Numbered from the whole stretch's first letter, positions 18,779-28,845 are shown. The stretch is DNA of 63,613 nucleotides, filler included, from Bacteroidales bacterium (GCA_035389045.1; 4 parts of 4 records of this genome joined end to end with filler, not necessarily neighbours in it); one strand, 5' to 3'. Notes: generated from the sequence alone by a model not told the origin. Numbers and translations are program-made.

Positions 18779-20208
18779 GGTACTGATTTTTGTTCATTAT
18801 GATTCAGAACGATTTCCACATCGAAGGATTTTTTAACAAATTTAGCAAGACGTTCAGCAAAATATACCGAGCGATGCTGCCCTCCGGTACAACCGAAACT
18901 CACCGTAAGACCGCTAAAACCCCTCGCGAGATAGTTCTCCAACGAGTGCTCAATAAGCCGGCTTACATTTTCGAAGAATATCTCCGTTTCATGCTTTATT
19001 TCAAGGTATTCAATCACCGGCCGGTCTTTGCCGTTAAGGTCTTTGAATTCATCATACCTGCCAGGGTTAGGCAGTGCACGGCAATCGAACACAAAGCCGC
19101 CTCCATGCCCGCTTAAATCGGCCGGATAGCCTTTTTTAAATGAAAAACTGTTTATGTATACCGTGAGTTTCTCAGGTTTTTCATAGGCATATTTATTCAA
19201 GTGTCCGGCTTCAACTATTTGTCTGAAAACATCCGAAAGGGCATCCGTTTTTACCGGCAACGTAATATTTTCAATGATCCATCTGAGGTTGGCCACCGCA
19301 TAAGGTATGCTCTTCAGAAAATGTAATTTTTTCTCATAATATCCCCGGAAGCCATAAGCTCCCATAGCCTGCATGATACGTATCAGGACAAAGCCGTAAT
19401 AGTGCGTAATGAACTCACTTTTATTAACAGATACCCTCTTACTGAGTTCTTCTATGTAATATTCCAGAAGATCTTCCCGCACCTGCTGGGGAATATCAGC
19501 TTTGGCATCATACAACAAAGAAGCCACATCATATTGCAGCGCACCCTTGCGGCCACCCTGATAATCAATAAAATATAGCTTTTCATCAAAGATCATAATG
19601 TTGCGCGACTGAAAATCACGGTACATAAAATGGTCCGAACCGGCTGTCAGCAAATAATCCGTAAAAACATTAAAATCATCCTCGAGCTTTTGCTCGTCAA
19701 ATCCTATCTGAGCCAGCTTCAGAAAATAATATTTGAAATAATTCAGGTCCCACATCATGGACTGCTTATCGAAAGCGTTACGGGGATAACAAACGGAATA
19801 ATCCAAATCACCGGACGCATCAAGCTGAAAACGAAGTAAATGATCCAGCACATTTTTATACAGAGTACGTGTGTTTTGAGAGAAACCCTCATCACGATGA
19901 CGTTCAAGATTGAAAAAAAGCGTTTCGTCACCCAGGTCCTCAAGGAGGTAAAGATCATGAACCTTGTCTTCACAAAATATCTTCGGAACAGGAAGTTTGT
20001 ATTTTTCAAAATGCCTGGTAAAAGATAAAAAAGCGGCGTTTTCCTTTTTGTCGGTGTTATAGGCAGCAAGAACTTTATGCTTTGCGGAGATAACCCTGAA
20101 ATAAATCCTGCTTGACCCTGAAGAAGGTAACTGACAGATATTCAGTGGTAGCTCATTAAAACAATAATTAAAAAGAGCAGTAATATTATACAACAGGTCT
20201 TCCTTCAT
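18775..20208 (-). CDS. AmgK-like anomeric sugar kinase (APH fold) fused to a RapZ C-terminal domain
   Basis: SGSSRIYFR, YRDFQSRNIM and IDYQG kinase motifs; C-terminal SFSFKKGYP...FDCRALPNPG...GCTGGQHRSV. Confidence 0.85.
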   Translation of the reverse strand: MKEDLLYNITALFNYCFNELPLNICQLPSSGSSRIYFRVISAKHKVLAAYNTDKKENAAFLSFTRHFEKYKLPVPKIFCEDKVHDLYLLEDLGDETLFFNLERHRDEGFSQNTRTLYKNVLDHLLRFQLDASGDLDYSVCYPRNAFDKQSMMWDLNYFKYYFLKLAQIGFDEQKLEDDFNVFTDYLLTAGSDHFMYRDFQSRNIMIFDEKLYFIDYQGGRKGALQYDVASLLYDAKADIPQQVREDLLEYYIEELSKRVSVNKSEFITHYYGFVLIRIMQAMGAYGFRGYYEKKLHFLKSIPYAVANLRWIIENITLPVKTDALSDVFRQIVEAGHLNKYAYEKPEKLTVYINSFSFKKGYPADLSGHGGGFVFDCRALPNPGRYDEFKDLNGKDRPVIEYLEIKHETEIFFENVSRLIEHSLENYLARGFSGLTVSFGCTGGQHRSVYFAERLAKFVKKSFDVEIVLNHNEQKSVP

Positions 20209-20226
20209 ATACGTATTTAATGTTTA

Positions 20227-20265
20227 CAAACTTACATAAAAACATGACAGTTTTAACTAAATTTG
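20227..20265. promoter_or_regulatory. Divergent TAnnTTTG -7 boxes
   Basis: TAAGTTTG on the minus strand at 20227-20234 and TAAATTTG on the plus strand at 20258-20265, between divergent genes. Confidence 0.5.
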
Positions 20266-20298
20266 CACGAAATTATGACAAGTGAGTTTTTATTTTCT

Positions 20299-20656
20299 AT
20301 GAAAAAAGTACTCCTGATAGCTACAAACTCGGAAAAAAAACCCTATCCGGTGCCTCCCATCGGACTAAGTATTGTAGCACAGAGTATTGAAAAAGACTAT
20401 GAGGTGAGGGTTTACGACGCCATGTTTGATGAAGGGACGTCATTACCCGAAATCGTCAATTCGTTCAGACCTGATTATATAGGCTGCAGCATCAGAAATG
20501 TAGATTCCATGTCGGTTGAAGCGCCCGAATTCTTTCTTGAACCGATCCATGAAAACATCATCAAACCCTTAAAAAGTCTCACCCATGCCCCGATCATCCT
20601 TGGTGGCAGCGGATACAGCATTTTTCCCTACGAGATACTTGATTATTTCGGTTTAG
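20299..20656 (+). CDS. Cobalamin-binding domain protein (probable B12-dependent radical SAM), 3'-truncated by the contig gap
   Basis: PYPVPPIGL, PDYIGCSIRNVD and IILGGSGYSIFP motifs; runs into Ns. Confidence 0.75.
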
Positions 20657-20756
20657 NNNNNNNNNNNNNNNNNNNNNNNNNNNNNNNNNNNNNNNNNNNN
20701 TTAATTAATTAANNNNNNNNNNNNNNNNNNNNNNNNNNNNNNNNNNNNNNNNNNNN
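20657..20756. other. Artificial contig linker (Ns + TTAATTAATTAA)
   Basis: 100-nt N run containing a six-frame stop linker at 20701-20712. Confidence 0.98.
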
Positions 20757-20757
20757 C

Positions 20758-21027
20758 GACCGCCGCGCCAAATCCAGTGCAGCGTATATCGTAAGCCAGG
20801 GTATTGATCCCAGCCGTATCACAGGTAAAGGTTATGGCGAATACCAGATGCTCGTAAACTGCCCGTGCGAAGGCGCACAAAAATCAAGCTGTTCCGAAGA
20901 AGAACACCAGCTCAACCGGCGCACAGAGTTTAAGGTAACCGGCTTTGTAAAAGGTGTTGGAAATGTAGACATGAAAAGTGAAAAAGGCACCAACATACGG
21001 ACTGATCCCAAGCCAGCAAACAAATGA
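20758..21027 (+). CDS. OmpA-family protein, C-terminal fragment (5'-truncated by the gap; not in the ORF track)
   Basis: Manual translation DRRAKSSAAYIVSQGIDPSRITGKGYGE...CPCE...CSEEEHQLNRRTEFKV...*. Confidence 0.88.
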   Translation, partial: DRRAKSSAAYIVSQGIDPSRITGKGYGEYQMLVNCPCEGAQKSSCSEEEHQLNRRTEFKVTGFVKGVGNVDMKSEKGTNIRTDPKPANK

Positions 21028-21050
21028 CAGGGTAAATAAATACTAACAGG

Positions 21051-21085
21051 CTACCCCGCCCATTACTGAGCGGGGTAGTTTTTTT
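21051..21085 (+). terminator. Rho-independent terminator
   Basis: CTACCCCGC / GCGGGGTAG stem followed by T7, downstream of the OmpA fragment. Confidence 0.8.
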
Positions 21086-21214
21086 CCATGTCATCAAAAA
21101 GCATTGTAATTGTAAAAAATAAAAACAATGTGTTCATATTTCATTTATTTTTACCGGTTCTTATGCCTGTCCATGGCTTTATGAAAGCTATCAGCCATAA
21201 TTAATAAAACTTTT

Positions 21215-23665
21215 ATGAAAAAAATATCATTTTTTCTCTTCACACTGATAATCAATACGGCCACATATGCACAGGTTTGGCCGGCGACAACAGCAGGACG
21301 CTGGACTTTTGATAATCCATCGGATTTGTTACATGCAACGGTAGGTACTGACCTCGTACTCACGGGTACTCAAAGCGCCGTTACAGGGTCTGCCTCTGGC
21401 GATGGTGCAGTGGCTATTGATGTGGGAAGTTATTATACCTGTTCACATGGCATACCTGCCAACGGAGGCGGTTCTTATGTCAATGAGTACTCTTTATTGT
21501 TTGACATTATGATTGACAACCCGAAGGAATTCCATTGTCTGTACCAGACAAACCAGAGCAACAGCAACGATGGCGAAGTATTTATTAATCCCAACAGCCA
21601 GCTTGGAATTTCTGCAACAGGTTATACTGGTTTTTCATTAAAAGCTTTTAACTGGTACCGGATAGTCATCACGGTGGATCTGGGCAGCAGTTTGCGTTAC
21701 TATATTGATGGCAAACTGGTACTTGAGGGTGTAAGCCAGTCCCTGAACGGAAATTTCTCTTTGGATCCTAATGTGCTTTTCTTTGCCGATGAAAATGGTG
21801 AAGACAATATGATCTATGTTTCGCAGGTTGCCATTTTCAGCGCACCGCTTACTGCTTCTGAAGTATACGGACTCGGAGGATTTCATTCTTCAAACATCAC
21901 TCCCTATCTTCAAACACCGACGGTCAATTCCAATTATATCAGCTGGAACTCTTATGACACCATTTCTTCTATTGTTCAGTACGGGGTTACTCCCGGCATG
22001 GGATCGTCAGCTACAGGCTCTTTTGAGGATATCGGGAGCAATCCGACCATCAACCGCTGGCATACCGTCAAACTAACAGGCTTATCAGCTGACACACGTT
22101 ATTATTATCGTTGTATCAGTGGTACGGATACCTCTGCCGTTTATGCATTCCATACGCCGCCCTATCCGGGTACAGCAGGAAAACATATCCGGTTTGCCAA
22201 AATCGGCGATACGCAAACGAACACACTCACAAGTACTGCAATTATTGATACTATTGTTTATATTTATGAGCAATTGTATGGGCCCGACTGGTACGACTCC
22301 GTTAGTTTTATCATGCATTCAGGTGATATTATGGAGTGGGGATGGGAATTGGGACGATTTATGAATGAACATTTCAATCCTTTGTCAGGTTTGTCACCCT
22401 ACATTTCAACTATGATCTCTATCGGGAATCATGAAAGCGAAAGCGACTATTACTATCAGTTTATGAAATACGATGACCTCGCCGGTTACGCTGAAAAATA
22501 CTACAGTTTTGACCTCGGAAACTGCAGATTTATTGCTCTGAACACCAGCGGAACGTATAACCTTACTCCACAGAAAAACTTCCTTCAGGACCGCCTGTCC
22601 GACGCAAATTCAAACCCTGATCTGGACTTTGTTTTCGTCTGCAATCACCAGCCGGGACATAGTGAATTGTGGCCGGATGGAAACACGGCTTATGTGCTGG
22701 ATAGTCTTTATCCGCTGGAAGCGGCATGTCCCAAGATGGTGATGACAACTCACGGACATTCACATAATTATGAGAGGGGAGCGATCAGAGGTACACATAC
22801 CGGTAACTGGGATTTCTGGGAAGTATTGTCTGGTGGCGGTGGTGGCGCCCTCGATCGCTGGAACATGTATTCAAACCAGACGGACTATCCCGAAATACAG
22901 AAATCGCTGGATCATTATAATTTTATCCTTCTAGATATTGACATGTCATCCAAAACCGTTTTCTCAACCATGTACAGCCTAGGTAATCCTGATAAACCAC
23001 GCAACCTGGAAGTCATGGACAAGTGGCACCGTATTCTCAACCAGCCTGCACCGGATAAGCCCTTTGCTATCTCTCCTGAGTTATACGCTTCCCCTTATCC
23101 GACACTCACAGCATCGGCATTTTCTGGCATGGACACACTCATGTCCTCAGAGTTTCAAATAGATCTGGCAAGCGGTGATTTCAGCAATCCCCTTTTAGAC
23201 GTTACAGGAGATGTTGACAATTACTACGGAGATTCGGGCTCACCTTTTTATAACCCGGTGAACTTGTATGCCGGAATGGATCTGACAAAATTCACCGTTC
23301 CATCCGGAGTGTTGTCGGCAGGCCAATCGTATAAATGGCGCATGCGTTATCGTGATAAAAATATACGGTGGAGCGACTGGTCCGATACCCTTCAGTTTAT
23401 GGTCACTCCCGTCGGGATTACGGATAATTATATTGAGGGATCATTCGAAGCATATCCCAATCCCAATAACGGGGATTTTATGGTATTGCTGCCTCAATAT
23501 ACAAGCTCTCTGAGCATTTTCAATTCATCCGGGCAGTTGGTATGGAAAACAGAAAGCTCTTTTCAATCCGTTATGAATATCAACTTATCTGAAGATGGAT
23601 TATATTTCGCAATTGCAAATACAAACGAAACGACTTATACAAGAAAAATCATTGTCTGCCGGTAA
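21215..23665 (+). CDS. T9SS-secreted purple acid phosphatase-like metallophosphoesterase (LamG-like + Fn3 + MPP + CTD)
   Basis: Signal peptide; GDTQ, HSGD, IGNHE and HGHSHNYER motifs; YPNPNNG...GLYF CTD. Confidence 0.85.
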   Translation: MKKISFFLFTLIINTATYAQVWPATTAGRWTFDNPSDLLHATVGTDLVLTGTQSAVTGSASGDGAVAIDVGSYYTCSHGIPANGGGSYVNEYSLLFDIMIDNPKEFHCLYQTNQSNSNDGEVFINPNSQLGISATGYTGFSLKAFNWYRIVITVDLGSSLRYYIDGKLVLEGVSQSLNGNFSLDPNVLFFADENGEDNMIYVSQVAIFSAPLTASEVYGLGGFHSSNITPYLQTPTVNSNYISWNSYDTISSIVQYGVTPGMGSSATGSFEDIGSNPTINRWHTVKLTGLSADTRYYYRCISGTDTSAVYAFHTPPYPGTAGKHIRFAKIGDTQTNTLTSTAIIDTIVYIYEQLYGPDWYDSVSFIMHSGDIMEWGWELGRFMNEHFNPLSGLSPYISTMISIGNHESESDYYYQFMKYDDLAGYAEKYYSFDLGNCRFIALNTSGTYNLTPQKNFLQDRLSDANSNPDLDFVFVCNHQPGHSELWPDGNTAYVLDSLYPLEAACPKMVMTTHGHSHNYERGAIRGTHTGNWDFWEVLSGGGGGALDRWNMYSNQTDYPEIQKSLDHYNFILLDIDMSSKTVFSTMYSLGNPDKPRNLEVMDKWHRILNQPAPDKPFAISPELYASPYPTLTASAFSGMDTLMSSEFQIDLASGDFSNPLLDVTGDVDNYYGDSGSPFYNPVNLYAGMDLTKFTVPSGVLSAGQSYKWRMRYRDKNIRWSDWSDTLQFMVTPVGITDNYIEGSFEAYPNPNNGDFMVLLPQYTSSLSIFNSSGQLVWKTESSFQSVMNINLSEDGLYFAIANTNETTYTRKIIVCR

Positions 23666-23706
23666 CGTTTCCGAAATAGTTTTCCGGCATAAATACGTAT
23701 GATTAC

Positions 23707-23748
23707 AACGGGAGCGCCGGCCAAAAGGCCGGCGCTCCCGTTTTCTTT
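23707..23748. terminator. Strong hairpin terminator between convergent genes
   Basis: Perfect 16-bp stem AACGGGAGCGCCGGCC-AAAA-GGCCGGCGCTCCCGTT followed by a T-rich tail. Confidence 0.85.
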
Positions 23749-23788
23749 TGCTCAGGCTTTATCCAAAGTCGTGCCTGAACCACAACAG

Positions 23789-24847
23789 CTACTTTTTCTT
23801 AGATACCTTTTTGTCCGTTGTTTTTTTATCAAACAGTTTTGTCCATTCGTATTTTTTTCGCCTGCTCCAGTCTCCTTTATGATAGAGATAGCTGGCGATC
23901 AGCGGAACAACCGTTGTAGCTTCGGCATAAACCATTTGTTCGTAAACCGTATCAACTTTTCCCCATGAGGATGCCTCTTTGAGCGTGGAACTGGAACATG
24001 CTCCGTCACGTACATCGGCAACAGTGATCTGTATGGCATATTTATGCATCGGGACATCAAAACCCAGAACTTCAGCACATACAACAGTATCCTGCGTGAA
24101 ATTTTTCGGGACGCCGCCGCCAACCATAAATAAACCGCTAGACTTTGCAGCCATCTTTATTTTTGTCAGTTCCAGGAAGTCCTTCACCGAATCAATACTG
24201 ACATGGCTTTCGGGGTTTTCCCACTGGTGTTTACCCAGTCCGAAACCTGCACTGCTGTCGCTGAAAGCAGGGCAGAAAATAGGAACATTATTTTCATAAC
24301 ATACCTGAACCAGCGAATCTTTTTTCTTCGCGTGTTTGGTAAGGTATTTCCCCATTTCCCAAATAAATTCCCGTGAAGAATACGGTCGGTGTTCCAATGT
24401 ATTAGCTATTTCATAAACTGCATTATCGCATGCCTGTAATTGTTCTTCATCGATAAACGTATCATAAATACGGTCGATGTAAAGGCCGCGCAGCATACTG
24501 TCGTCTATCCACGGAGTACCTTTGTAATGTTTGAAACCAAGGGCTTCAAAGAAATCCATATCAACGATGGAGGCGCCGGTAGCAACAACCACGTCGATCA
24601 TTTTATTTTTCACCATGTCCACATATACCTGCATACATCCTCCGGCACTGGTACTGCCGGCCAGTGTCAGCATGATCGTGCAATCCTTGTCTTTAATCAT
24701 CCGGTCGAAAATATCCGCGGCAACAGCGGTATCCCGTGAAGTGAATGACATATCACGCATGGCATTGATAACAGAGGTAGTGTCTACCTTTTTTATATCA
24801 AAATGCTTGATGGTTTCTTTTAACAGGTCTTTCTTTTTTAATTTCAT
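23789..24847 (-). CDS. Deoxyhypusine synthase-like protein (probable homospermidine synthase, SpeY type)
   Basis: IDRIYDT, PIFCPAFSDSSAG, GGGVPKNF, DGACSSSTLKEASSWGK; downstream of agmatinase. Confidence 0.88.
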   Translation of the reverse strand: MKLKKKDLLKETIKHFDIKKVDTTSVINAMRDMSFTSRDTAVAADIFDRMIKDKDCTIMLTLAGSTSAGGCMQVYVDMVKNKMIDVVVATGASIVDMDFFEALGFKHYKGTPWIDDSMLRGLYIDRIYDTFIDEEQLQACDNAVYEIANTLEHRPYSSREFIWEMGKYLTKHAKKKDSLVQVCYENNVPIFCPAFSDSSAGFGLGKHQWENPESHVSIDSVKDFLELTKIKMAAKSSGLFMVGGGVPKNFTQDTVVCAEVLGFDVPMHKYAIQITVADVRDGACSSSTLKEASSWGKVDTVYEQMVYAEATTVVPLIASYLYHKGDWSRRKKYEWTKLFDKKTTDKKVSKKK

Positions 24848-24852
24848 GATAT

Positions 24853-25707
24853 TTATTTTTTATTGAATTTGTAACTCAGGATTTTATAGATAAGTTTGGA
24901 AGCAAAGAAATCGGGGGCTTTATCAACCTTATTGGGACAAAGTTCTACCACATCAAAACCGACGATATTGCATTTTTTATTCACTTTGCGTATCATCTCA
25001 AGTACCTCATACCAGAACAGGCCACCCGGCTCGGGAGTCCCTGTAGAGGGCATGACCGAAGGGTCGAATACATCCAGGTCGATCGTGATATATACGTTTT
25101 CTGAAAGAAGTTTTACTGCTTTGTCCATCCATCCGGGAGTTTTCATTCGCTCTTCAGCAAAGAAAACCCGGCTTTTTGTAATATACTTCTTTTCATCGAC
25201 ATCCATACTCCTGATGCCCACCTGTACCAAAGGGCAAAATTCCACGGCACGCGACATAGCACAAGCATGGTTATACCGACTGCCCTCGTATTCCGGGCGC
25301 AAATCAGAGTGCGCGTCAAACTGAAGTACCGTAAGCTTTTCATAAGTTTCCGCATAAGCCTGAATTACTCCAACGCTGACTGAGTGTTCTCCCCCCAGAG
25401 TTACCAAAAACTTACCGTCCGAAACATATTTCAGCGCATTTAAATAAACTGCCGCTGTCATTTTTTCGGGACCCGACTTTTCGGTAACCGGCCTGGCAGT
25501 ATGTATCCCGTTTTTGTATACTTCGCTGTCAGTTTCAATATCATACAACTCCATATTAGCTGAAGCTTCAAGTATTGCTGCGGGTCCTTTGTCAGCCCCT
25601 TTGATCCATGTACTGGTGCCATCATAAGGAACTGGCATAACTACAATTTTTGACCTTTTAAGATCAGTAAGTGTAACAGGGATACCTCCGAAATTTGATG
25701 TTGACAT
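24853..25707 (-). CDS. speB: Agmatinase
   Basis: GGEHS, FDAHSDLR, DLDVFDPSVMPSTGTPEPGG and DVVEL ureohydrolase motifs. Confidence 0.92.
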   Translation of the reverse strand: MSTSNFGGIPVTLTDLKRSKIVVMPVPYDGTSTWIKGADKGPAAILEASANMELYDIETDSEVYKNGIHTARPVTEKSGPEKMTAAVYLNALKYVSDGKFLVTLGGEHSVSVGVIQAYAETYEKLTVLQFDAHSDLRPEYEGSRYNHACAMSRAVEFCPLVQVGIRSMDVDEKKYITKSRVFFAEERMKTPGWMDKAVKLLSENVYITIDLDVFDPSVMPSTGTPEPGGLFWYEVLEMIRKVNKKCNIVGFDVVELCPNKVDKAPDFFASKLIYKILSYKFNKK

Positions 25708-26017
25708 TCGATAAAAATTTAGGCAAAATTACTAAATTAAGACTACAACCAAAAATCAGAGTAAGGTACCTGAACCTTTTTGTCAAAAACTTGAAATAAT
25801 TCATAGATTTTCTTATTTTTGAACTTAATTTACAGTCATTTATAATTATGCCATAACAACTTTGATCAGGCGGGTGCCTGCCGTTATTTGAAAAGATTTG
25901 TACCCGATCAAGGGTAGTCCGTGGATTATAAAGGTGTGCATTTCACAAATTTTGAAATAATTATTAACTAAAAGTGCGAAACTTTTAACCCTAAAAATAA
26001 CAGGATATCAACAACAA

Positions 26018-26275
26018 ATGAAATTTATTCCTATAACTGCAGAATGTCATTCAGGATACAAAGCCGATGAATATCCGGTTTGTTTCTTTTGGAATAACCG
26101 CAGGTTTCCCATTAAAGAAATTGCAGACCACTGGTATCAGGCAAATCCTGACCCCGGATGGCCAGTTGCTGATTATTTTAAAGTCAGTACAGATGATAAT
26201 CATTTCTACATCCTCAAACATGAATTGGCCAATGACCAGTGGTTTTTAGCATCTTCTGATGAAACACTTATCTGA
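26018..26275 (+). CDS. Small conserved protein, DUF6504-like
   Basis: ECHSGYKADEYPVCFFW...IKEIADHW...YFKV...YILKH...W pattern. Confidence 0.65.
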   Translation: MKFIPITAECHSGYKADEYPVCFFWNNRRFPIKEIADHWYQANPDPGWPVADYFKVSTDDNHFYILKHELANDQWFLASSDETLI

Positions 26276-26283
26276 TTTAAAAT

Positions 26284-27828
26284 GTGATTATTAGATTAAT
26301 TAATATGAATATATTTAAACTGATTTTATTTTTTATTATTATAGATATCAATCTGCCTTGTACTGTGGCACAGTCGCCGTTATGGTATCTTACACGCGGC
26401 ATCAGCGGCCAGTCAGATGAGGCCTGGGGTGTGGATGCTGACAGCGCCGGCTGCCTTTACTGGGCAGTTGAAGAAAAGAATCAGTGGCCGCACTGGTACT
26501 ACAATATTATTTTATATAAAATTGAGCCTGATGCGCAGCAGGTCTGGCAAAGCAACTCATGGGGATGGACCTATAACGAACTCGCCTTTATTGTAAAAGT
26601 TCATGGAAATAAACTAATCATTGGCGGACGGATCGATTCCAGCGCTTCCTTGAACGGAACCGGAGGAAATGCACTTTTGCTGACTGCCCATGCCAACGAT
26701 GGAAGTTTTGACTGGAATTATGTCTACGACCAAGGCGTTGGTTATGAAGAAATTGACGGAATAATACCGCAACCCGATGGAATTTACATCGCGGGCTGGA
26801 CTCAGAGCCCGGAAAAAGACACTATCTCAGGTACCATGAACATGGATTTTCTGATCCAGAAAGTTGATCACTCAGGGCAACCGATCTGGTCAACCATATA
26901 CGATTATGACAGTCTTGGAAGGTTCGATGGTGAAAACGGACACATAGCCATGGACCACAATTTTATCTTTGCTGCCGCCCATGTCAACCGGACGAATATT
27001 GCCACCCTCGACGGACAGATGGCGCTGGTATGTTTCAATCGTTCAAACGGAGCCTATCAGTGGAATGTTACCTGGGGCGGTTCATCCTTTGACGACGGAC
27101 TGGGGATGACGATGAGCGCCGATTCAATGCTTTATATAGTAGGCTATACCGGAAGTTTTGGCAACGGATTGCAGGTTTTTCTGAACAAATACTCACGTAC
27201 AGGACAGTTGCAGTGGAGCCGGTTGTGGGGTGGCGCCGGAGGTGATATTTCCCGTTCGGTAGTTGCTGATGATGACAGCATCATCTATGTTGTGGGCACA
27301 ACACCAAGCTACGGGAATGGAGGCAAGGACATATTTGTCCTGAAATATGATTCGGCCGGAATACTGCTCGATTCGATCATCTGGGGCGGATCGTACCATG
27401 AGGTGGCACATGATGCCATACTTTCAGGCGACTACCTGTATATTACAGGAACCACGGAAAGTTTTGGAAACGGCTTGTCGGACGGACATAAAACAGATGG
27501 CCTGCTTATAAAAATCAACGGAAGAAAAATGCTGGCCCCTGATACGATATCAACACTCATAAAAAAAAATGACATACAGAATTCTGTCGTCTGTATTTAT
27601 CCGAATCCTTTCTCCGATAAGGCAATATTGCATTTTACACAACCCTTGTCCGATGCAGACCTTATTGTATATAACACACTTGGGCAGGAAGTAAAACAAT
27701 ATACAGGAATTTCAGGACTTGCACTTACGATTTACCGTGACCGCTTAAAAAGCGGGCTATACTTTTTCCGTCTGTCACAGGAAAAGAAAATAATATCAAC
27801 ATCCTATTTTATGATCACTGATAATTAA
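26284..27828 (+). CDS. T9SS type A cargo with beta-propeller repeats (SBBP-like)
   Basis: Repeated WGG..xD / YIxGxT.SFG units; YPNPFS...VYNTLGQEV...SGLYF CTD. Confidence 0.8.
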   Translation: MIIRLINMNIFKLILFFIIIDINLPCTVAQSPLWYLTRGISGQSDEAWGVDADSAGCLYWAVEEKNQWPHWYYNIILYKIEPDAQQVWQSNSWGWTYNELAFIVKVHGNKLIIGGRIDSSASLNGTGGNALLLTAHANDGSFDWNYVYDQGVGYEEIDGIIPQPDGIYIAGWTQSPEKDTISGTMNMDFLIQKVDHSGQPIWSTIYDYDSLGRFDGENGHIAMDHNFIFAAAHVNRTNIATLDGQMALVCFNRSNGAYQWNVTWGGSSFDDGLGMTMSADSMLYIVGYTGSFGNGLQVFLNKYSRTGQLQWSRLWGGAGGDISRSVVADDDSIIYVVGTTPSYGNGGKDIFVLKYDSAGILLDSIIWGGSYHEVAHDAILSGDYLYITGTTESFGNGLSDGHKTDGLLIKINGRKMLAPDTISTLIKKNDIQNSVVCIYPNPFSDKAILHFTQPLSDADLIVYNTLGQEVKQYTGISGLALTIYRDRLKSGLYFFRLSQEKKIISTSYFMITDN

Positions 27829-28116
27829 GATAGTTTGTTGAAACATATTAAAAAGACAATCAGCTATTAAAACACAATTACCCTATTAGCAGATTTCCGG
27901 TAAGTGTTTCGGGGGATGTTCTTACAGGCAAACCACAAAAATTTTACGAAAAGCAAAAAGTGTAAAGGTTACTTTTATTTATCAGATATTAACATTCTGT
28001 ATATGTTGAGGTAAAGTGTATTCCACCTTTACCTGTAACCAAACAATATTGCAAGGATGCAAATGTCCCTGGAAATGTATGATAATTTGCTACCTTTGTT
28101 TTCAATTTAAAAACCG

Positions 28117-28845
28117 ATGCAGCAAAAAAACATCGAAGTATGCTTCTCTCCTGCCCTGATTGATAATTATGACATTAAGGATAAAAATGTCGTGCTCATC
28201 GATGTTCTCAGAGCTACCTCTACCATCTGCACCGCTTTTGCCTGGGGTATAAAAGAGATCATACCTGTGGCATCGGAAGAGGAAGCACAGGCATATAAGA
28301 CCAAAGGATTTATTGTCGCCGGAGAACGTGACGGGAAAGTGCTGAGTTTCGCAGATCTTGGAAACTCTCCGTTTAATTTTATGAACGATAAAATAAAAGA
28401 CCAGTCGATAGTATTCTGCACCACCAATGGTACAAAAGCAATAAATGCTGCTAAAAACGCGCTACGGCTCGTTGTTGGTTCTTACCTCAACTTTTCATCC
28501 GTAGCAAACTATCTTGAAAAAGATAATCATGATGCATTGCTGTTATGTTCCGGATGGAAAAACAAATTTTCCATAGAGGACATGCTTTTTGCCGGGTCTT
28601 TATGCTACAGACTTATTGCAAGGAAATATTTCCAAACGGATGATGACGCAGCGATTGTCTCTGTTGATATGTGGAATAATGCAAAGAATGATCTTCTTAA
28701 ATACGTTGATAAAAGCGATCACTGTAAACGCCTTAAAAAATTAGGTTATAACGAGGATATCGAATATTGTCATACCTTTGACACGACCGATACATTACCC
28801 GTATTTACGGAAAATAAAATTATCGATACAAATGAAAATATTTAA
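28117..28845 (+). CDS. comB: 2-phosphosulfolactate phosphatase family protein
   Basis: VLIDVLRATSTI, AGERDG, LGNSP, TTNGT and IEDMLFAG motifs; TACCTTTG box at 28091-28098. Confidence 0.9.
   Translation: MQQKNIEVCFSPALIDNYDIKDKNVVLIDVLRATSTICTAFAWGIKEIIPVASEEEAQAYKTKGFIVAGERDGKVLSFADLGNSPFNFMNDKIKDQSIVFCTTNGTKAINAAKNALRLVVGSYLNFSSVANYLEKDNHDALLLCSGWKNKFSIEDMLFAGSLCYRLIARKYFQTDDDAAIVSVDMWNNAKNDLLKYVDKSDHCKRLKKLGYNEDIEYCHTFDTTDTLPVFTENKIIDTNENI

Noticed and set aside
20657..20756. TTAATTAATTAA palindrome repeated three times in the window, and ORFs ending in XXXLIN
   Set aside because: Artificial six-frame-stop linker inside N runs; not biological
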